Below, piece after piece: positions 1-16,559 of a DNA stretch of 64,000 nt. The stretch is from Chloroflexota bacterium (GTDB lineage: Bacteria > Chloroflexota > Limnocylindria > Limnocylindrales > Limnocylindraceae), in NCBI GenBank assembly GCA_003670745.1, contig QWQR01000001.1, positions 3,265 through 67,264 of the forward strand, given 5' to 3'. A program made the position numbers and the translations under genes. The notes beneath the pieces are model-generated. The model saw nothing but the letters and a program-made list of their open reading frames with translations. It had not been told where the DNA came from and did not search any database. How positions within the stretch are numbered: position 1 is the stretch's first letter; the number at the start of each line of letters is the position of its first letter.

Positions 1-983
1 AAGGCGCCCTTCGGCGCGCCGGTCGGCAGTTGCAGCGCGGCAAGGCCGTCGAGGACGATCGTTCGGCGACGCGCGTAGGCGGCGCGCATCTCTTCAAGCG
101 CCGGCTCTCCCTGCTCAAGGGCAACAAGCGCTGCGTCCTGCGAGGGGGTCGGCGCACTCATGATCGCGTACTGGTGAATCTTCACGAGCCCCGCGACGAT
201 CTCGGCGGGGGCGCAGAGATAGCCGACGCGCCAGCCCGTCATCGCGTACGACTTCGAGAATCCGCCGATGAGGATGGTGCGCTCCTTCATTCCCGGGTAG
301 GCGGAGATCGCACGGTGCGCTGTCCCCTCGTAAACGAGTCGGTCGTAGATCTCGTCGCTGATCACCAGCAGGTCGTTCTCGACGGCGATCTTCGCGAGTG
401 CGACGCGGCTCTCCTCGTCGAGCGTCGCGCCGGTCGGATTTGCCGGGTAGCCGAGGAAGAGCGCCTTCGCGCCGCCGCGCTTCGCGCCACCTGCAACCGC
501 GCGCTCCACCGCAACGGGGTCGAGACGCCAGCCGTCGACGGCGCTCGTCGCCACGGGGATCGCCGTGCCGCCAGCGAAGACAACGGCGGGAAGGTAGGCG
601 ACGTACGAGGGCTCGGGGAGAACGATCTTGTCGCCTGGCCCGATCGTGCCGCGCACGGCAACGTCGACCGCCTCGGAGGCGCCGATCGTGACGATGATCT
701 CGGTCGCAGGGTCGTAGCGAACCCCCGACCGCTCCTCAATCTTTGCGGCGATCGCGCGCCGCAGCTCGGGGGTGCCGTAATTCGAGGTGTAGTGGGTGCG
801 ACCCGCGCGCAGGCTCGCGATCGCCGCCTCAACGATGATCGCTGGTGTATCAAAGTCTGGCTCCCCTACGCCGAGGCTGATCACCTCCTCCATCTGCGCG
901 GCGATGTCAAAGAAGCGCCGAATCCCCGATGGCGGAACGGCGCGCACGCGCTCGGCAAGGATGCGCTCGGCGAAGTCGCTCAT
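1..983 (-). CDS. Class I/II PLP-dependent aminotransferase (aspartate/aromatic type), 3'-truncated by the window edge
   Basis: Hand translation of the minus strand from the ATG at 983 gives MSDFAERILAERVRAVPPSGIRRFFD...LGYPANPTG...GGFSKSYAMTGWRVGY (PLP-lysine SKS motif). The start overlaps the gatA stop (ATGA). It is missing from the ORF track because there is no stop in the window. The + ORF 30..1358 is its antisense shadow. Confidence 0.85.
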   Translation of the reverse strand, partial: MSDFAERILAERVRAVPPSGIRRFFDIAAQMEEVISLGVGEPDFDTPAIIVEAAIASLRAGRTHYTSNYGTPELRRAIAAKIEERSGVRYDPATEIIVTIGASEAVDVAVRGTIGPGDKIVLPEPSYVAYLPAVVFAGGTAIPVATSAVDGWRLDPVAVERAVAGGAKRGGAKALFLGYPANPTGATLDEESRVALAKIAVENDLLVISDEIYDRLVYEGTAHRAISAYPGMKERTILIGGFSKSYAMTGWRVGYLCAPAEIVAGLVKIHQYAIMSAPTPSQDAALVALEQGEPALEEMRAAYARRRTIVLDGLAALQLPTGAPKGA

Positions 984-2524
984 GCGGCACCTCCGTTCGC
1001 TGCGCGGGCGAGCGCCGTCGGCTCGACTGAGCGCCACTCAGCAGTTGCGGTGATCGCCTCGAAGCCGGAGGCGATCCCAAGCAGTTGCGACTCGGACCAC
1101 GGGCGTCCGATCAACTGTGCGCCGACGGGGAGCCCTTCAGAGAGGCCGCACGGAATGCTCACCCCGGGCAGGCCCGCCATGTTCGCTGGGATCGTGCAGG
1201 CGTCTGCGAGATACATGGAGACGGGATCGCTCATCTTCGCCCCGAAGCGCCACGCTACCTGCGGGCTCGTTGGCGCAACGATCGCGTCGAAGCCCGCCGC
1301 CCAGACGCGGTCGAAATCGCGGGCGATCAAGGTGCGAACCTGCTGCGCCTTGACGTAGTACGCGTCGTAGTAACCCGCCGACAGCGCGTAGGTGCCGAGC
1401 ATGATGCGGCGTCGCACCTCTGGGCCAAAGCCGCGACCACGCGTCTCGAGATACCCCTGCAGCAGGTCGCCACCGCCATGCTTCGATGCGCCGTAGCGAA
1501 TCCCGTCGTAGCGAGCGAGGTTCGCCGACGCCTCAGCGGGCGCCACGATGTAATAGGTGGCAAGGGCATGCTCGGTCGTTGGGAGGCTCACCTCTTCGAT
1601 CGTCGCGCCAGCTGCCTCGAGCGACGCCACGGCGGCTCGCACGGCGCGCTCGACCCCGGGCTCCATGCCGGCGACGAAGTACTCCTTCGGCAGCGCGAAG
1701 CGGCGACCCTTCAGCGCGGTCGCTGCGGCATCGCCACTCGGAAGCGCCAGGAGCTCTGCGGGGAGCGGCTCAGCGGAGCTCGTCGCGTCGTGCGTGTCGC
1801 GCCCACCGATGGCGTGCAGCAACAGTGCCGCATCTTGCGCGGTGCGCGCGAATGGCCCGACCTGGTCAAGCGATGAGGCGAAGGCGACGATCCCGTAGCG
1901 CGAGACGCGCCCGTAGGTCGGCTTCATGCCAACGATCCCAGTGAGGCTCGCCGGCTGACGGATCGAGCCGCCCGTATCGGTGCCGATCGAGAGCGGCGCC
2001 TGGAACGCTGCCACCGCAGCCGCGGAGCCGCCCGATGATCCGCCAGGGATCCGGTCGAGATCCCATGGGTTCGTCGTGCGCTTGTAGGCGCTGAACTCTG
2101 TCGAGGAGCCCATCGCGAACTCGTCCATGTTCGTCTTGCCGAGGATCACAGCGCCCGCCGCGCGAAGGCGCGCAGCAATCGTTGCGTCGTACGGGCTGAT
2201 GTATCCCTCAAGGATCTTCGAACCCGAGGTGGTAGGAGTCCCCTCAAGGTTGACGAGATCCTTCAGCGCGATCGGGACTCCGAGGAGTGGGGGGAGGGCG
2301 GCGAGCGCTGCAGTGTTCCCGCGGGCGGCGGTGAAGCGCGCGTCCGCGGCACTCGCCTCGCCGAGCGCCGCATCACGACGCAGATGCAGCCATGCGCTGA
2401 GGTGCGCCTCTTCGTGTTCGATCGCATCAAGGAGGGCGGTGGTCGTGGCGAGCGCGGTCACCTCGCCGCTGCGATACGCGGCGGCGAGCTGCACTGCAGT
2501 GGCACGGCGAGGATCGAGGCTCAT
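980..2524 (-). CDS. gatA: Glutamyl-tRNA(Gln) amidotransferase subunit A
   Basis: 514 aa with the amidase signature GGSSGGSAAAVA and full-length GatA-like sequence. Overlaps the gatC stop by 4 nt. Confidence 0.95.
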   Translation of the reverse strand: MSLDPRRATAVQLAAAYRSGEVTALATTTALLDAIEHEEAHLSAWLHLRRDAALGEASAADARFTAARGNTAALAALPPLLGVPIALKDLVNLEGTPTTSGSKILEGYISPYDATIAARLRAAGAVILGKTNMDEFAMGSSTEFSAYKRTTNPWDLDRIPGGSSGGSAAAVAAFQAPLSIGTDTGGSIRQPASLTGIVGMKPTYGRVSRYGIVAFASSLDQVGPFARTAQDAALLLHAIGGRDTHDATSSAEPLPAELLALPSGDAAATALKGRRFALPKEYFVAGMEPGVERAVRAAVASLEAAGATIEEVSLPTTEHALATYYIVAPAEASANLARYDGIRYGASKHGGGDLLQGYLETRGRGFGPEVRRRIMLGTYALSAGYYDAYYVKAQQVRTLIARDFDRVWAAGFDAIVAPTSPQVAWRFGAKMSDPVSMYLADACTIPANMAGLPGVSIPCGLSEGLPVGAQLIGRPWSESQLLGIASGFEAITATAEWRSVEPTALARAANGGAA

Positions 2525-2826
2525 CCGTCGGCCTCCTCGGTCAAGATCGCCTGCACCTTTACAAAGTCACCGACGCGCGCCGGCGCGTTCCCCAGCGCCG
2601 CCTCGACGGGGAGTGAGGCCTCGGGCGTGTCGTCGCGAAGTGGCATCGGCTGAACGATCGCCTGGGCGCTCGGCGAGACGCTCGAGGTGTCGACCGAGGC
2701 GAGATGCGCCCACTGCTCAAGGATCAGGTTCAGGTCGCCCTGCAACGTGCCAACCTCGTCAGGGTTCAGGCCAAGGCGCGCGAGGGCGGCTACCCGTTCA
2801 ACGTCGGCGCGGCTCAACTCGCTCAT
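2521..2826 (-). CDS. gatC: Glutamyl-tRNA(Gln) amidotransferase subunit C
   Basis: 101 aa beginning MSELSRADVERVAALARLGL..., typical of GatC. Lies directly upstream of gatA. Confidence 0.9.
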   Translation of the reverse strand: MSELSRADVERVAALARLGLNPDEVGTLQGDLNLILEQWAHLASVDTSSVSPSAQAIVQPMPLRDDTPEASLPVEAALGNAPARVGDFVKVQAILTEEADG

Positions 2827-2835
2827 GCGTGAATC

Positions 2836-7586
<4,751 letters not shown>

Positions 7587-7623
7587 GACCTCATTCTACC
7601 GCCGCGGCATACCGCCAGACAGC

Positions 7624-7656
7624 ACGAGGCCCCCTGGCAGCGCCAGAGGGCCTCGT
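7624..7656 (-). terminator. GC-rich hairpin downstream of groEL (putative terminator)
   Basis: ACGAGGCCCCCTGG-cagcg-CCAGAGGGCCTCGT forms a 14-bp stem with 1 mismatch, about 20 nt after the groEL stop. There is no clear U-tract. Confidence 0.5.
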
Positions 7657-7676
7657 CGTCCTTGCGACGTTGCGAA

Positions 7677-9690
<2,014 letters not shown>

Positions 9691-9763
9691 GGTCTTCCTC
9701 CTTCACGGTGCGGCGGTTGCCGCCCTCTTCATCTCGCGCACGATCTCCGGCGCGTTCTGGGTG

Positions 9764-9793
9764 ATGTTAGCACTCTCCTGCTGAGAGTGCCAA
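9764..9793 (-). promoter_or_regulatory. groES promoter (TTGGCA-18-TAACAT) overlapping a CIRCE/HrcA operator
   Basis: TTAGCACTC-N9-GAGTGCCAA at 9767..9793 has 1 mismatch to the CIRCE consensus TTAGCACTC-N9-GAGTGCTAA. On the minus strand, -35 TTGGCA lies at 9788..9793 and -10 TAACAT at 9764..9769. Confidence 0.85.
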
Positions 9794-10627
9794 CTAGACG
9801 GCCGTGGGAGGGGGGAACATTCGGTCGAAGTTGCGCACGAGCTGTGCTGCAAGTTCAGCGGGGTCGTCGCGGCGCCGTTCGGCAAGCCACTCAAGGGTGA
9901 GGCGCACATTTGCCGGCTCATTGCGGCGGGGATCGGGCGCGCCAGGCATCACGAGCCACGGAGCATCGGTCTCGGTGAGCAGGCGGTCGACTGGCACCGC
10001 GCTCACCCACTCCCCTGTCGCCGACTCCTCTGGACGGAAGGCGAGGCCAGAGATCGAGACGCCGCCTCCGAGTGCGAGCGCCTCATCGACATACGCCGCA
10101 GAGCCCGAGGCACTGTGCAAGATGAACGGCACCCTGCCGTCAAACGCGCGCGTTGCCGCCGTGTCACCGAACCTCGCCGCGCGCAGCGCTGCAATGAGCT
10201 CGCGTTGGGCAGCGTCGCTCCCCGCGGCAGAGCGGCAGTGCAAGATCAGCGGCTTGCCGTGCTCAAGGGCGACGGCAAGATGGGCGTCAAGGTTCGCGCG
10301 CTGCACCGCGAGTGGCACACCGTCACGCTTCGTGTCGATGCCGGTCTCGCCCACGGCGCTGATCTGCGCCTCGGCAACACGTGCAAGGAGTGCCGACCGC
10401 TCGTTCGGATGGAGATCGGCGGCGGAGGGGTGAATGCCGATCGCCACGCGCGCCCAGCCAATGCGCGCTGCGATCGCTGCCCCGGCGAGCGAACTCGCCG
10501 CGTCCCAGCCGGGAATCAAGAGGCGGGTAAGCCCGGCGGCGACAGCGCGATCGATCACCGCATCGCGGTCCGCGTCGAAACGCTCAGCCTGCAGGTGCCC
10601 ATGCGCGTCAACGAGTGGGAGTGTCAC
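9794..10627 (-). CDS. tatD: TatD-family metal-dependent hydrolase/DNase
   Basis: 277 aa with N-terminal LVDAHGHLQ and a TatD-like layout. The GTG start overlaps the end of metG by 20 nt. Confidence 0.85.
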   Translation of the reverse strand: MTLPLVDAHGHLQAERFDADRDAVIDRAVAAGLTRLLIPGWDAASSLAGAAIAARIGWARVAIGIHPSAADLHPNERSALLARVAEAQISAVGETGIDTKRDGVPLAVQRANLDAHLAVALEHGKPLILHCRSAAGSDAAQRELIAALRAARFGDTAATRAFDGRVPFILHSASGSAAYVDEALALGGGVSISGLAFRPEESATGEWVSAVPVDRLLTETDAPWLVMPGAPDPRRNEPANVRLTLEWLAERRRDDPAELAAQLVRNFDRMFPPPTAV

Positions 10628-12245
10628 CGGTCACCTTCTCCTCGAGATCGAGGCGTGGGAAGAGCGGGGTCGGCTCACCGAGGGGACCAGCTGGTGCCAA
10701 CGCACCCCACGCACCGAGCGTCGACAGCGCAGGTCCGCCGTGACCCTTGGCGTCGTACGGCCAGACGTGGCCAAGGAGATTCCACACGCGAACGGCGCTC
10801 TCCGGCATCGCGGGTGCCGCGTAGAGGGCGAGGAGACGACAGGCCTCGAGCAGATCACCGAGGACGCCACGTAGTTGTGCCGTCGCAGCCGCGTCGCCCT
10901 CCTTCGCCGCCTTCGCAAGGTCCCACGGTCGCTCCGTGTCAACGAAGCGGTTCGCCTCGCCGACGAACTCCCAGAGTGCGCCGAGCCACTCGTGCAACAG
11001 CAGCCCCTCCATCGAACCCTCGGCCCCCGCGCGCGCGAGCGCCCATGCGGCTGCGAGCGGCGACTCCGCGGCAGGGCGTGGAGCTGGAACCTCGCCACCG
11101 AAGGCGCGCGCCGCCATAGTTGTGGAGCGGTTCACGAGGTTGCCAAAGTCGTTCGCGAGATCGGCGTTGTAGCGGCGAATGATCGAGTCCCAGCTCACCT
11201 CGGCATCGCGATCGAAGGGGACCTCACGCAGCGCCACGAAGCGCGCACCATCTGCGCCAAGGGCGCGAACGGCATCGTCGGGATCAAGGAAGTTGCCGCG
11301 GCTCTTGCTCATGCGCTCACCGCCGACAAGCAGCCAGCCGTGCACCCAGATACGGCGCGGCGCCTCGAGGCCAGCGCTCCAGAGCATCGCCGGCCAGAAG
11401 ACGGAATGAAATCGATTGATGTCCTTGCCGATGATGTGCAGATCTGCTGGCCACCAGGGCTTCCCTTGCGGGTCTGCCGGGAATCCAGCGCCAGTCAAAT
11501 AGTTAATGAGCGCGTCGTACCAGACGTAGATCGTCCCCGCCTTCGGGTCACCCTCCCCCGCCGCGTTGAGGGCGCTGCTCCCATCCTCGCGAATCGGGAA
11601 TGGGATCCCCCACGTTGCCCCCTCGCGGCTGATCGAAAAGTCTTCGAGCCCCTGACGAATGAAGCCGAGCATCTCGTTGCGTCGATACTCCGGCTGCACC
11701 GGCGATGGCTCCTGGGTGAGCCATGCTTCAAGTCGTTCGGCGTAGGCGCTCAGCCGAAAGAACCAGTTGCGCTCCTTCAGCCACTGCAGCGGCACTCCAG
11801 GATGATTAGGGCAGATCGTTTCGCTCCCCTCTTTGGTGACGTCTGCCTCGGCGCGAAACCCCTCGTTCGGGCAGTACCAGCCCTCGTAGGTGCCGAGATA
11901 AATGTCACCGGCCGCGTGGGAGCGGCGCACCATCTCCTGCGCGGCGAGCTGATGGTCGGGATCGGTGGTGCGAATGAAGCGATCAGGGGCGATCCCAAGG
12001 AGCCCCTCGCTGCGTTCGAAGAGTGCAACGTTGCGGTCGACGAACGCCTTCGGCGCGAGCCCCTCCTCGGCGGCGCGGGCTGCGATGTTTACTGAGAACT
12101 CATCTGTGCCGGTGAGGAAGCGCACCTCATCGCCACCCATTCGGTGCCATCGCGCGATCGCATCGGCGCCCACCACCTCGTAGAGGGTGTGCAGGCCGGG
12201 CTTGTTATTCGCGTAGGCGATGGCGGTCGTCAGGTAGTAACGCAT
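10608..12245 (-). CDS. metG: Methionyl-tRNA synthetase
   Basis: MRYYLTTAIAYANNKPGLHTLYE... with KMSKS-type RMSKSRGN. I chose the ATG at 12245; the track ORF N-terminus (to 12575) is an Arg/Pro-rich artefact. Confidence 0.93.
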   Translation of the reverse strand: MRYYLTTAIAYANNKPGLHTLYEVVGADAIARWHRMGGDEVRFLTGTDEFSVNIAARAAEEGLAPKAFVDRNVALFERSEGLLGIAPDRFIRTTDPDHQLAAQEMVRRSHAAGDIYLGTYEGWYCPNEGFRAEADVTKEGSETICPNHPGVPLQWLKERNWFFRLSAYAERLEAWLTQEPSPVQPEYRRNEMLGFIRQGLEDFSISREGATWGIPFPIREDGSSALNAAGEGDPKAGTIYVWYDALINYLTGAGFPADPQGKPWWPADLHIIGKDINRFHSVFWPAMLWSAGLEAPRRIWVHGWLLVGGERMSKSRGNFLDPDDAVRALGADGARFVALREVPFDRDAEVSWDSIIRRYNADLANDFGNLVNRSTTMAARAFGGEVPAPRPAAESPLAAAWALARAGAEGSMEGLLLHEWLGALWEFVGEANRFVDTERPWDLAKAAKEGDAAATAQLRGVLGDLLEACRLLALYAAPAMPESAVRVWNLLGHVWPYDAKGHGGPALSTLGAWGALAPAGPLGEPTPLFPRLDLEEKVTGDTPTR

Positions 12246-12379
12246 CGCCGCAGTATCGCACGCAGTAACGCCGCTACGTGGCGACGATACGTGCGGGGTA
12301 CGGCGCCGTGGCGACCCTCCGCTTCGCCTGCAGGTTGCGCGGGGCCGAACGGCTCGAACCTGCGGGTGAAGGAGGGGCC

Positions 12380-12784
12380 ATGAACAAGGTGATGCTGGCG
12401 GGCCGCATGACGAAGCCCGTTGAGATGAAGGCGCTCCCATCGGGGGCGAAGGTGGCAGTGGGGAGCCTCGCGAGCCACGACTTCCGCAGTGGTGAGGAGC
12501 GCACCGAGTTCCATCGACTCGTCTTCTGGGAGAAGCTCGCCGAGATCGCCGGCGCACACCTCCAGGCCGGATCACTCGTCGCCATCGACGGTCGACTGAA
12601 GACGCACGAGTGGGAGAGCGAAGGGTCGCGCCGTTGGATGACCGAGGTGATCGTCAACCGCCTCGAGTTCCTGGGGCCGAAGCCACAGTCGGCAGATCCG
12701 GTGGCGCAGGGTGCCGAGCCGAGCGATCTTGGTGAGGCCGAGTACGGCGAGGAGATCGCTCCCCCCGTGAAGAGCGGCCGCTAG
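12380..12784 (+). CDS. ssb: Single-stranded DNA-binding protein with a non-canonical C-terminus
   Basis: The ATG at 12380 follows GAAGGAGG. The OB-fold reads MNKVMLAGRMTKPVEMKALPSGAKVA...FHRLVFWEKLAE...LVAIDGRLKTHEW. It ends ...EAEYGEEIAPPVKSGR. Confidence 0.85.
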   Translation: MNKVMLAGRMTKPVEMKALPSGAKVAVGSLASHDFRSGEERTEFHRLVFWEKLAEIAGAHLQAGSLVAIDGRLKTHEWESEGSRRWMTEVIVNRLEFLGPKPQSADPVAQGAEPSDLGEAEYGEEIAPPVKSGR

Positions 12785-12811
12785 GGCGCGACTTCGCGCG
12801 ACCTTGCGCGA

Positions 12812-13702
12812 CTACTCGGTGGGCTCTCCCGGTTCGTGGGCGAGCGCCCAGAGGCGGCGACGCTCCAGGTGCCACTCCGTGGCGATGCGGCGCACCGCAC
12901 CGCTGCGCGACTCCCCCGCGGCGATCGCAGCCTCAACGGCGGCGAGCGCTGCGGGGTACGCCCCCTCACTCACGTCGTCGCGGGCCCTTGGCGGTTCGGC
13001 GCCGACAACGAGAACGAACTCGCCGCGTCCATCGATCTCGCCGGCTGCAACCTTGCGGGAAAGCGCGGCGAGGCTGCCGCGTTGCACCTCTTCGTGGAGC
13101 TTCGTCAACTCACGACAGATCGCCGCGGGGCGCTCGTCGCCACAGGCGGCGGCGAGATCGCGCAGCGTCTCTTCGACGCGGTTCCCCGCCTCGTAGATCA
13201 CCGAGGCGCGGTCATCGGCGGCGATCGCACCGATCGCGCGTTCGCGCTCGCCGCCACTCCGTGGCAGGAAGCCTTCAAAGACCCACCGCGCTCCGACAAT
13301 TCCAGAGGCGACGACGGCGGCGAGAAGTGCTGAGGCGCCAGGGATCGGCACAACGCGCACCCCGCTCGCGATCGCCGCCGCGACGAGGTGCTGACCTGGA
13401 TCGCTGATGAGTGGCGTACCAGCGTCGCTGATCAGTGCGACCGACTCTCCGCCGTTGAGACGCGCGAGGATCGGCGCGATCCTGGCACGCTCGTCGAACG
13501 CGGGGAGCGACTCGACCGGCCGGTCGATGCCAAGCCCCTCCAGCAGCGTGCGTGCGACGCGTGTGTCTTCGGCGACGATGAGAGCCACCTCACGTAAGAC
13601 CGCCGCCGCGCGCGGCGTTAAGTCGGCCAGGTTGCCGATCGGTGTTGAGACGACGTGGAGCGCGCCGGCCGTGGCGCCGCCACCGCGTGCGTCGCCGCTC
13701 AC
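12812..13702 (-). CDS. rsmI: 16S rRNA (cytidine1402-2'-O)-methyltransferase
   Basis: 296 aa, LHVVSTPIGNLADLTPRAAAVLREVALIVAEDTR. Overlaps the nadE stop by 4 nt. Confidence 0.9.
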   Translation of the reverse strand: MSGDARGGGATAGALHVVSTPIGNLADLTPRAAAVLREVALIVAEDTRVARTLLEGLGIDRPVESLPAFDERARIAPILARLNGGESVALISDAGTPLISDPGQHLVAAAIASGVRVVPIPGASALLAAVVASGIVGARWVFEGFLPRSGGERERAIGAIAADDRASVIYEAGNRVEETLRDLAAACGDERPAAICRELTKLHEEVQRGSLAALSRKVAAGEIDGRGEFVLVVGAEPPRARDDVSEGAYPAALAAVEAAIAAGESRSGAVRRIATEWHLERRRLWALAHEPGEPTE

Positions 13703-14559
13703 GACGCCGATGCGTTTCGCAGGTGATCGATCGAGCGGTTCGGCGTGCCGATCGACGCGATCGGCGGAAGCAGCCGCTTGAACTCCGAGGCGAGGACCAT
13801 GCCGCGCACCCGCTCGACCAGGCTGAGGTCAAACCCTTCGGCCGCCGTCTCCGCGACCGACTGCCGACGATCAACGAGTCGCAAGAGAATGCGATCGAGC
13901 GTCGGGTAGTCAAAGCCACCCTCAGACTCGTCGGTCTGACCGGGCCAGAGGTCGGCGCTCGGCGCCTTGGTAATGATCTGCTCTGGCACCCCAAGGTGTG
14001 CGGCGAGGAGGCGCACCTGGCTCTTATACAGGTCGCCGATCGGATTGAACGCGCACGCTGCATCGCCGTGCAGTGTCGTGTAGCCGATCAGGTATTCGGT
14101 CTTGTTCCCTGTGCCCGCAACAAGGCCGCGGTGCAGCGCCGAGCGATCGTAGAGCGCCGTCATGCGCGCACGGGCGGCGATGTTGCCGCGTCGGATCGGC
14201 GTGGTCGCTCCCCCATCAGGGAGGGCGCTGATCATGCTGTCGACCGCCGCCGTGATCGGCACCTCCTCAACTGCGCAGCCAAGCTTCTCGACGACCTGAA
14301 GGGCGTCGGCGCGCGAGGTGGCAGCTGATGTCGCGTACGGCATGATCACGCCGACGATTCGCTCGGGGCCGAGCGCGTCGGCGAGCAGATGCGCGACGAG
14401 CGCAGAGTCAATGCCACCCGAGATCCCGAGGATCGCTCGCGCAGCACCTGTCGCTGCGAACTGCGCCCGAATGAACGAGCGGCAAATCTGCAGCGTCGCC
14501 TCCGGATCGAGCAGCAGCTCGTCGGGAACCGGTACCCCTGGCGGAAGTTGCCTACCCAT
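13699..14559 (-). CDS. nadE: NH3-dependent NAD+ synthetase
   Basis: 286 aa with the PP-loop GISGGIDSALVA. Confidence 0.9.
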   Translation of the reverse strand: MGRQLPPGVPVPDELLLDPEATLQICRSFIRAQFAATGAARAILGISGGIDSALVAHLLADALGPERIVGVIMPYATSAATSRADALQVVEKLGCAVEEVPITAAVDSMISALPDGGATTPIRRGNIAARARMTALYDRSALHRGLVAGTGNKTEYLIGYTTLHGDAACAFNPIGDLYKSQVRLLAAHLGVPEQIITKAPSADLWPGQTDESEGGFDYPTLDRILLRLVDRRQSVAETAAEGFDLSLVERVRGMVLASEFKRLLPPIASIGTPNRSIDHLRNASAS

Positions 14560-14600
14560 GACCCAATCTTACTGGTGGGCGGCCGTAGCGCGTGACGGAC

Positions 14601-16559
14601 TTACCGGCCCTGGCGATCCCAGCTCTCAACCGACCAGTCGTAGAGGGGGCTTGCGACATCGCCTACGCGCGTCGGCCAGTCGATCTGGTGTGCGATCAAC
14701 GCGTAGCCCGGGTCACTCCAAAGAAGGAGGTAGGGGCGCTCTTGGCGGCGCAGCTCCTGGAACGCGGCGTAGATCGTGGCGCGCGCGCTGAGGCCAGTCG
14801 TGGCGAGGCCACGCTTCAGCAGCGCGTCGGCGTCGGCGTTCTGCCAGCAGCCGAAGTTCTTCCCCGCCGGCGCCTCCGTGGTTGGGCAGGCGTCAGAGGA
14901 GAGGATGTCGCTGTCGTCGGGATCAATGCTCCACTGCCAACCGCCAAGGTAGAGGTCAAAGTCGCTCGGGAAGCGCAGCGCCGGGAGCACCCCCGTCGAG
15001 TAGGGCTGCGGCGAGACGGTGAGCGACATGCCGCACTTTGCAGCCTGGTCGGCGATCGCCTGCGCCGCTCGGACGCGCAGCGTCTGGCCGTCGCGCACCA
15101 AGATCTCCGCCTCGAGGCGACGACCAGCCTTCGAGTAGACGCCATCAGTTCCGGCTACCCAGCCAGCCGATTCAAGTGTGGCGCGACCGGCGGGCACGTC
15201 GAGCGTCGACTCCACTGGAGGCGACGCCTCAGCAGCCCACGACGAAGCGGCGACGGTGCTCGATACCGGGATCCCCGTTGCGTCAGTCGCGTCGGCAATC
15301 AGCGCTGGGATATCAACGCAGCTGGCCAGCGCGCGACGCAGCGCTACATCGGCGAAGAGACGACCGGAGCGCACGTTGAAGGCGAGGTAGTAGTACCCAC
15401 GGAGTGAGGGGGGCGAGAGGAGCTCGCCATCGTCGCGGACCTTGAGCCCGGCGACGTCGCCCGCGCGCAGTCCTGGGACCCAGTCGAGCTGCCCGGATTG
15501 GAACGCGATGACGGCCCCTGCATTCGACGCGAAGCGACGAACCGTCGCTCCGCTCGCCTTCGGTGCACCGCCGGCGAACCCCGCAAACGGTCGAAGGGAG
15601 ATGAAGTCGCCCGGAACGCGCTCAGCAAAACTGAATGGGCCTGCGCCGATCGGTGCCGACTGCACGTCGAGGATCGCGTACGCGGCGACGAGTCGATCGT
15701 CGATCGGCGCGAGAAGCATCGCCTCAAGGGTGCTCAGTTGCGCGAAGAGTGCGCGCCCGTATGCCTCGTCGTCGCGACGGCCCGTCGGCTCTCCCGTCAA
15801 TGAGAGCTCGGGGAAGATGCGCGGGTCTGGCGGCGGCGAGCCGGCGGCGGCAAGCGTCGCCTCAAGCTCAGCGACGCGCGTGGCGTAGGAGCAGGCGTCA
15901 GGGCCACCAGTCGCGCATGTTGCAGGATCGAGCGCCGTGGCGATCGTCTCACGCTCCAGGCTCACCGCCTCGCGGTCGGCGCCTGCCGTCGCAGTGACGA
16001 GTCGTTCGAGTGATGCGTTGATCGACTCCTTCGGAAGGATCGGAATCGTGAGGCCGCGCGTCGCCCACGGCGACCACGGAGCCACGAGGGTGAAGGTGAG
16101 CGTCCCGTCAGCGTTCGCCTTCACCGACTCGAGGCGCGTGCGCACCAGATCGCAGATCTCTGCGACGAGCGGGCAGCGCGCCGACTTCGCGAGCTCGTAG
16201 GTGAAGACGACGTCAGCGGCGGTCAGCGAGGAGCCATCGTGGAAGGTGAGTCCGTCCTTCAGCCGCACCCCCCAAATCGTTCCTCCGGTCGAGATCGTCG
16301 GCGCGGCGGCAGCGAGGAGCGGCTGCGGCGTGAACGAGGCGTCGATCCGATAGAGGCCGGCGTGCACGAGCGCGCCGACGGTTGCCGACGCGTCATCGCC
16401 GTACGCCGCCTCAAGGCCGAGCGGCTCTGCGGTGACCGCGAGGCGAATGCCGCGCCCACCGAGGATGCCGCACCCCGCAAGCAGTGATGCAAGGAGGGCA
16501 GCGACGAGCGCAACGGAGATGCTGCGCATGCGCGATCCCATCATGATCCTGCCAATCAC
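14601..16559 (-). CDS. ABC-transporter solute-binding lipoprotein, family 5 (peptide/nickel type)
   Basis: 652 aa with signal peptide and lipobox ...ALVAALLASLLAGCG and SBP_bac_5-like sequence. The GTG at 16559 overlaps the gcvH TGA; an alternative ATG lies at 16529. Confidence 0.8.
   Translation of the reverse strand: MIGRIMMGSRMRSISVALVAALLASLLAGCGILGGRGIRLAVTAEPLGLEAAYGDDASATVGALVHAGLYRIDASFTPQPLLAAAAPTISTGGTIWGVRLKDGLTFHDGSSLTAADVVFTYELAKSARCPLVAEICDLVRTRLESVKANADGTLTFTLVAPWSPWATRGLTIPILPKESINASLERLVTATAGADREAVSLERETIATALDPATCATGGPDACSYATRVAELEATLAAAGSPPPDPRIFPELSLTGEPTGRRDDEAYGRALFAQLSTLEAMLLAPIDDRLVAAYAILDVQSAPIGAGPFSFAERVPGDFISLRPFAGFAGGAPKASGATVRRFASNAGAVIAFQSGQLDWVPGLRAGDVAGLKVRDDGELLSPPSLRGYYYLAFNVRSGRLFADVALRRALASCVDIPALIADATDATGIPVSSTVAASSWAAEASPPVESTLDVPAGRATLESAGWVAGTDGVYSKAGRRLEAEILVRDGQTLRVRAAQAIADQAAKCGMSLTVSPQPYSTGVLPALRFPSDFDLYLGGWQWSIDPDDSDILSSDACPTTEAPAGKNFGCWQNADADALLKRGLATTGLSARATIYAAFQELRRQERPYLLLWSDPGYALIAHQIDWPTRVGDVASPLYDWSVESWDRQGR

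Noticed and set aside
30-1358. 442-aa + strand ORF at the left edge
   Set aside because: Its composition is Arg/Ala/Gly/Asp-rich with no recognisable motifs. It lies exactly antisense to a clear aminotransferase and the gatA 3' end. This is a typical high-GC antisense shadow ORF.
12330-12379. CCTGCAGGTT...AACCTGCGGG hairpin and GAAC repeats upstream of ssb, considered as an SOS (LexA) box or autoregulatory structure
   Set aside because: There is no inverted GAAC-N4-GTTC-type LexA motif; the GAAC copies are direct repeats. The 9/10-bp stem with a 20-nt loop could be chance in GC-rich DNA, and I have no comparative support.
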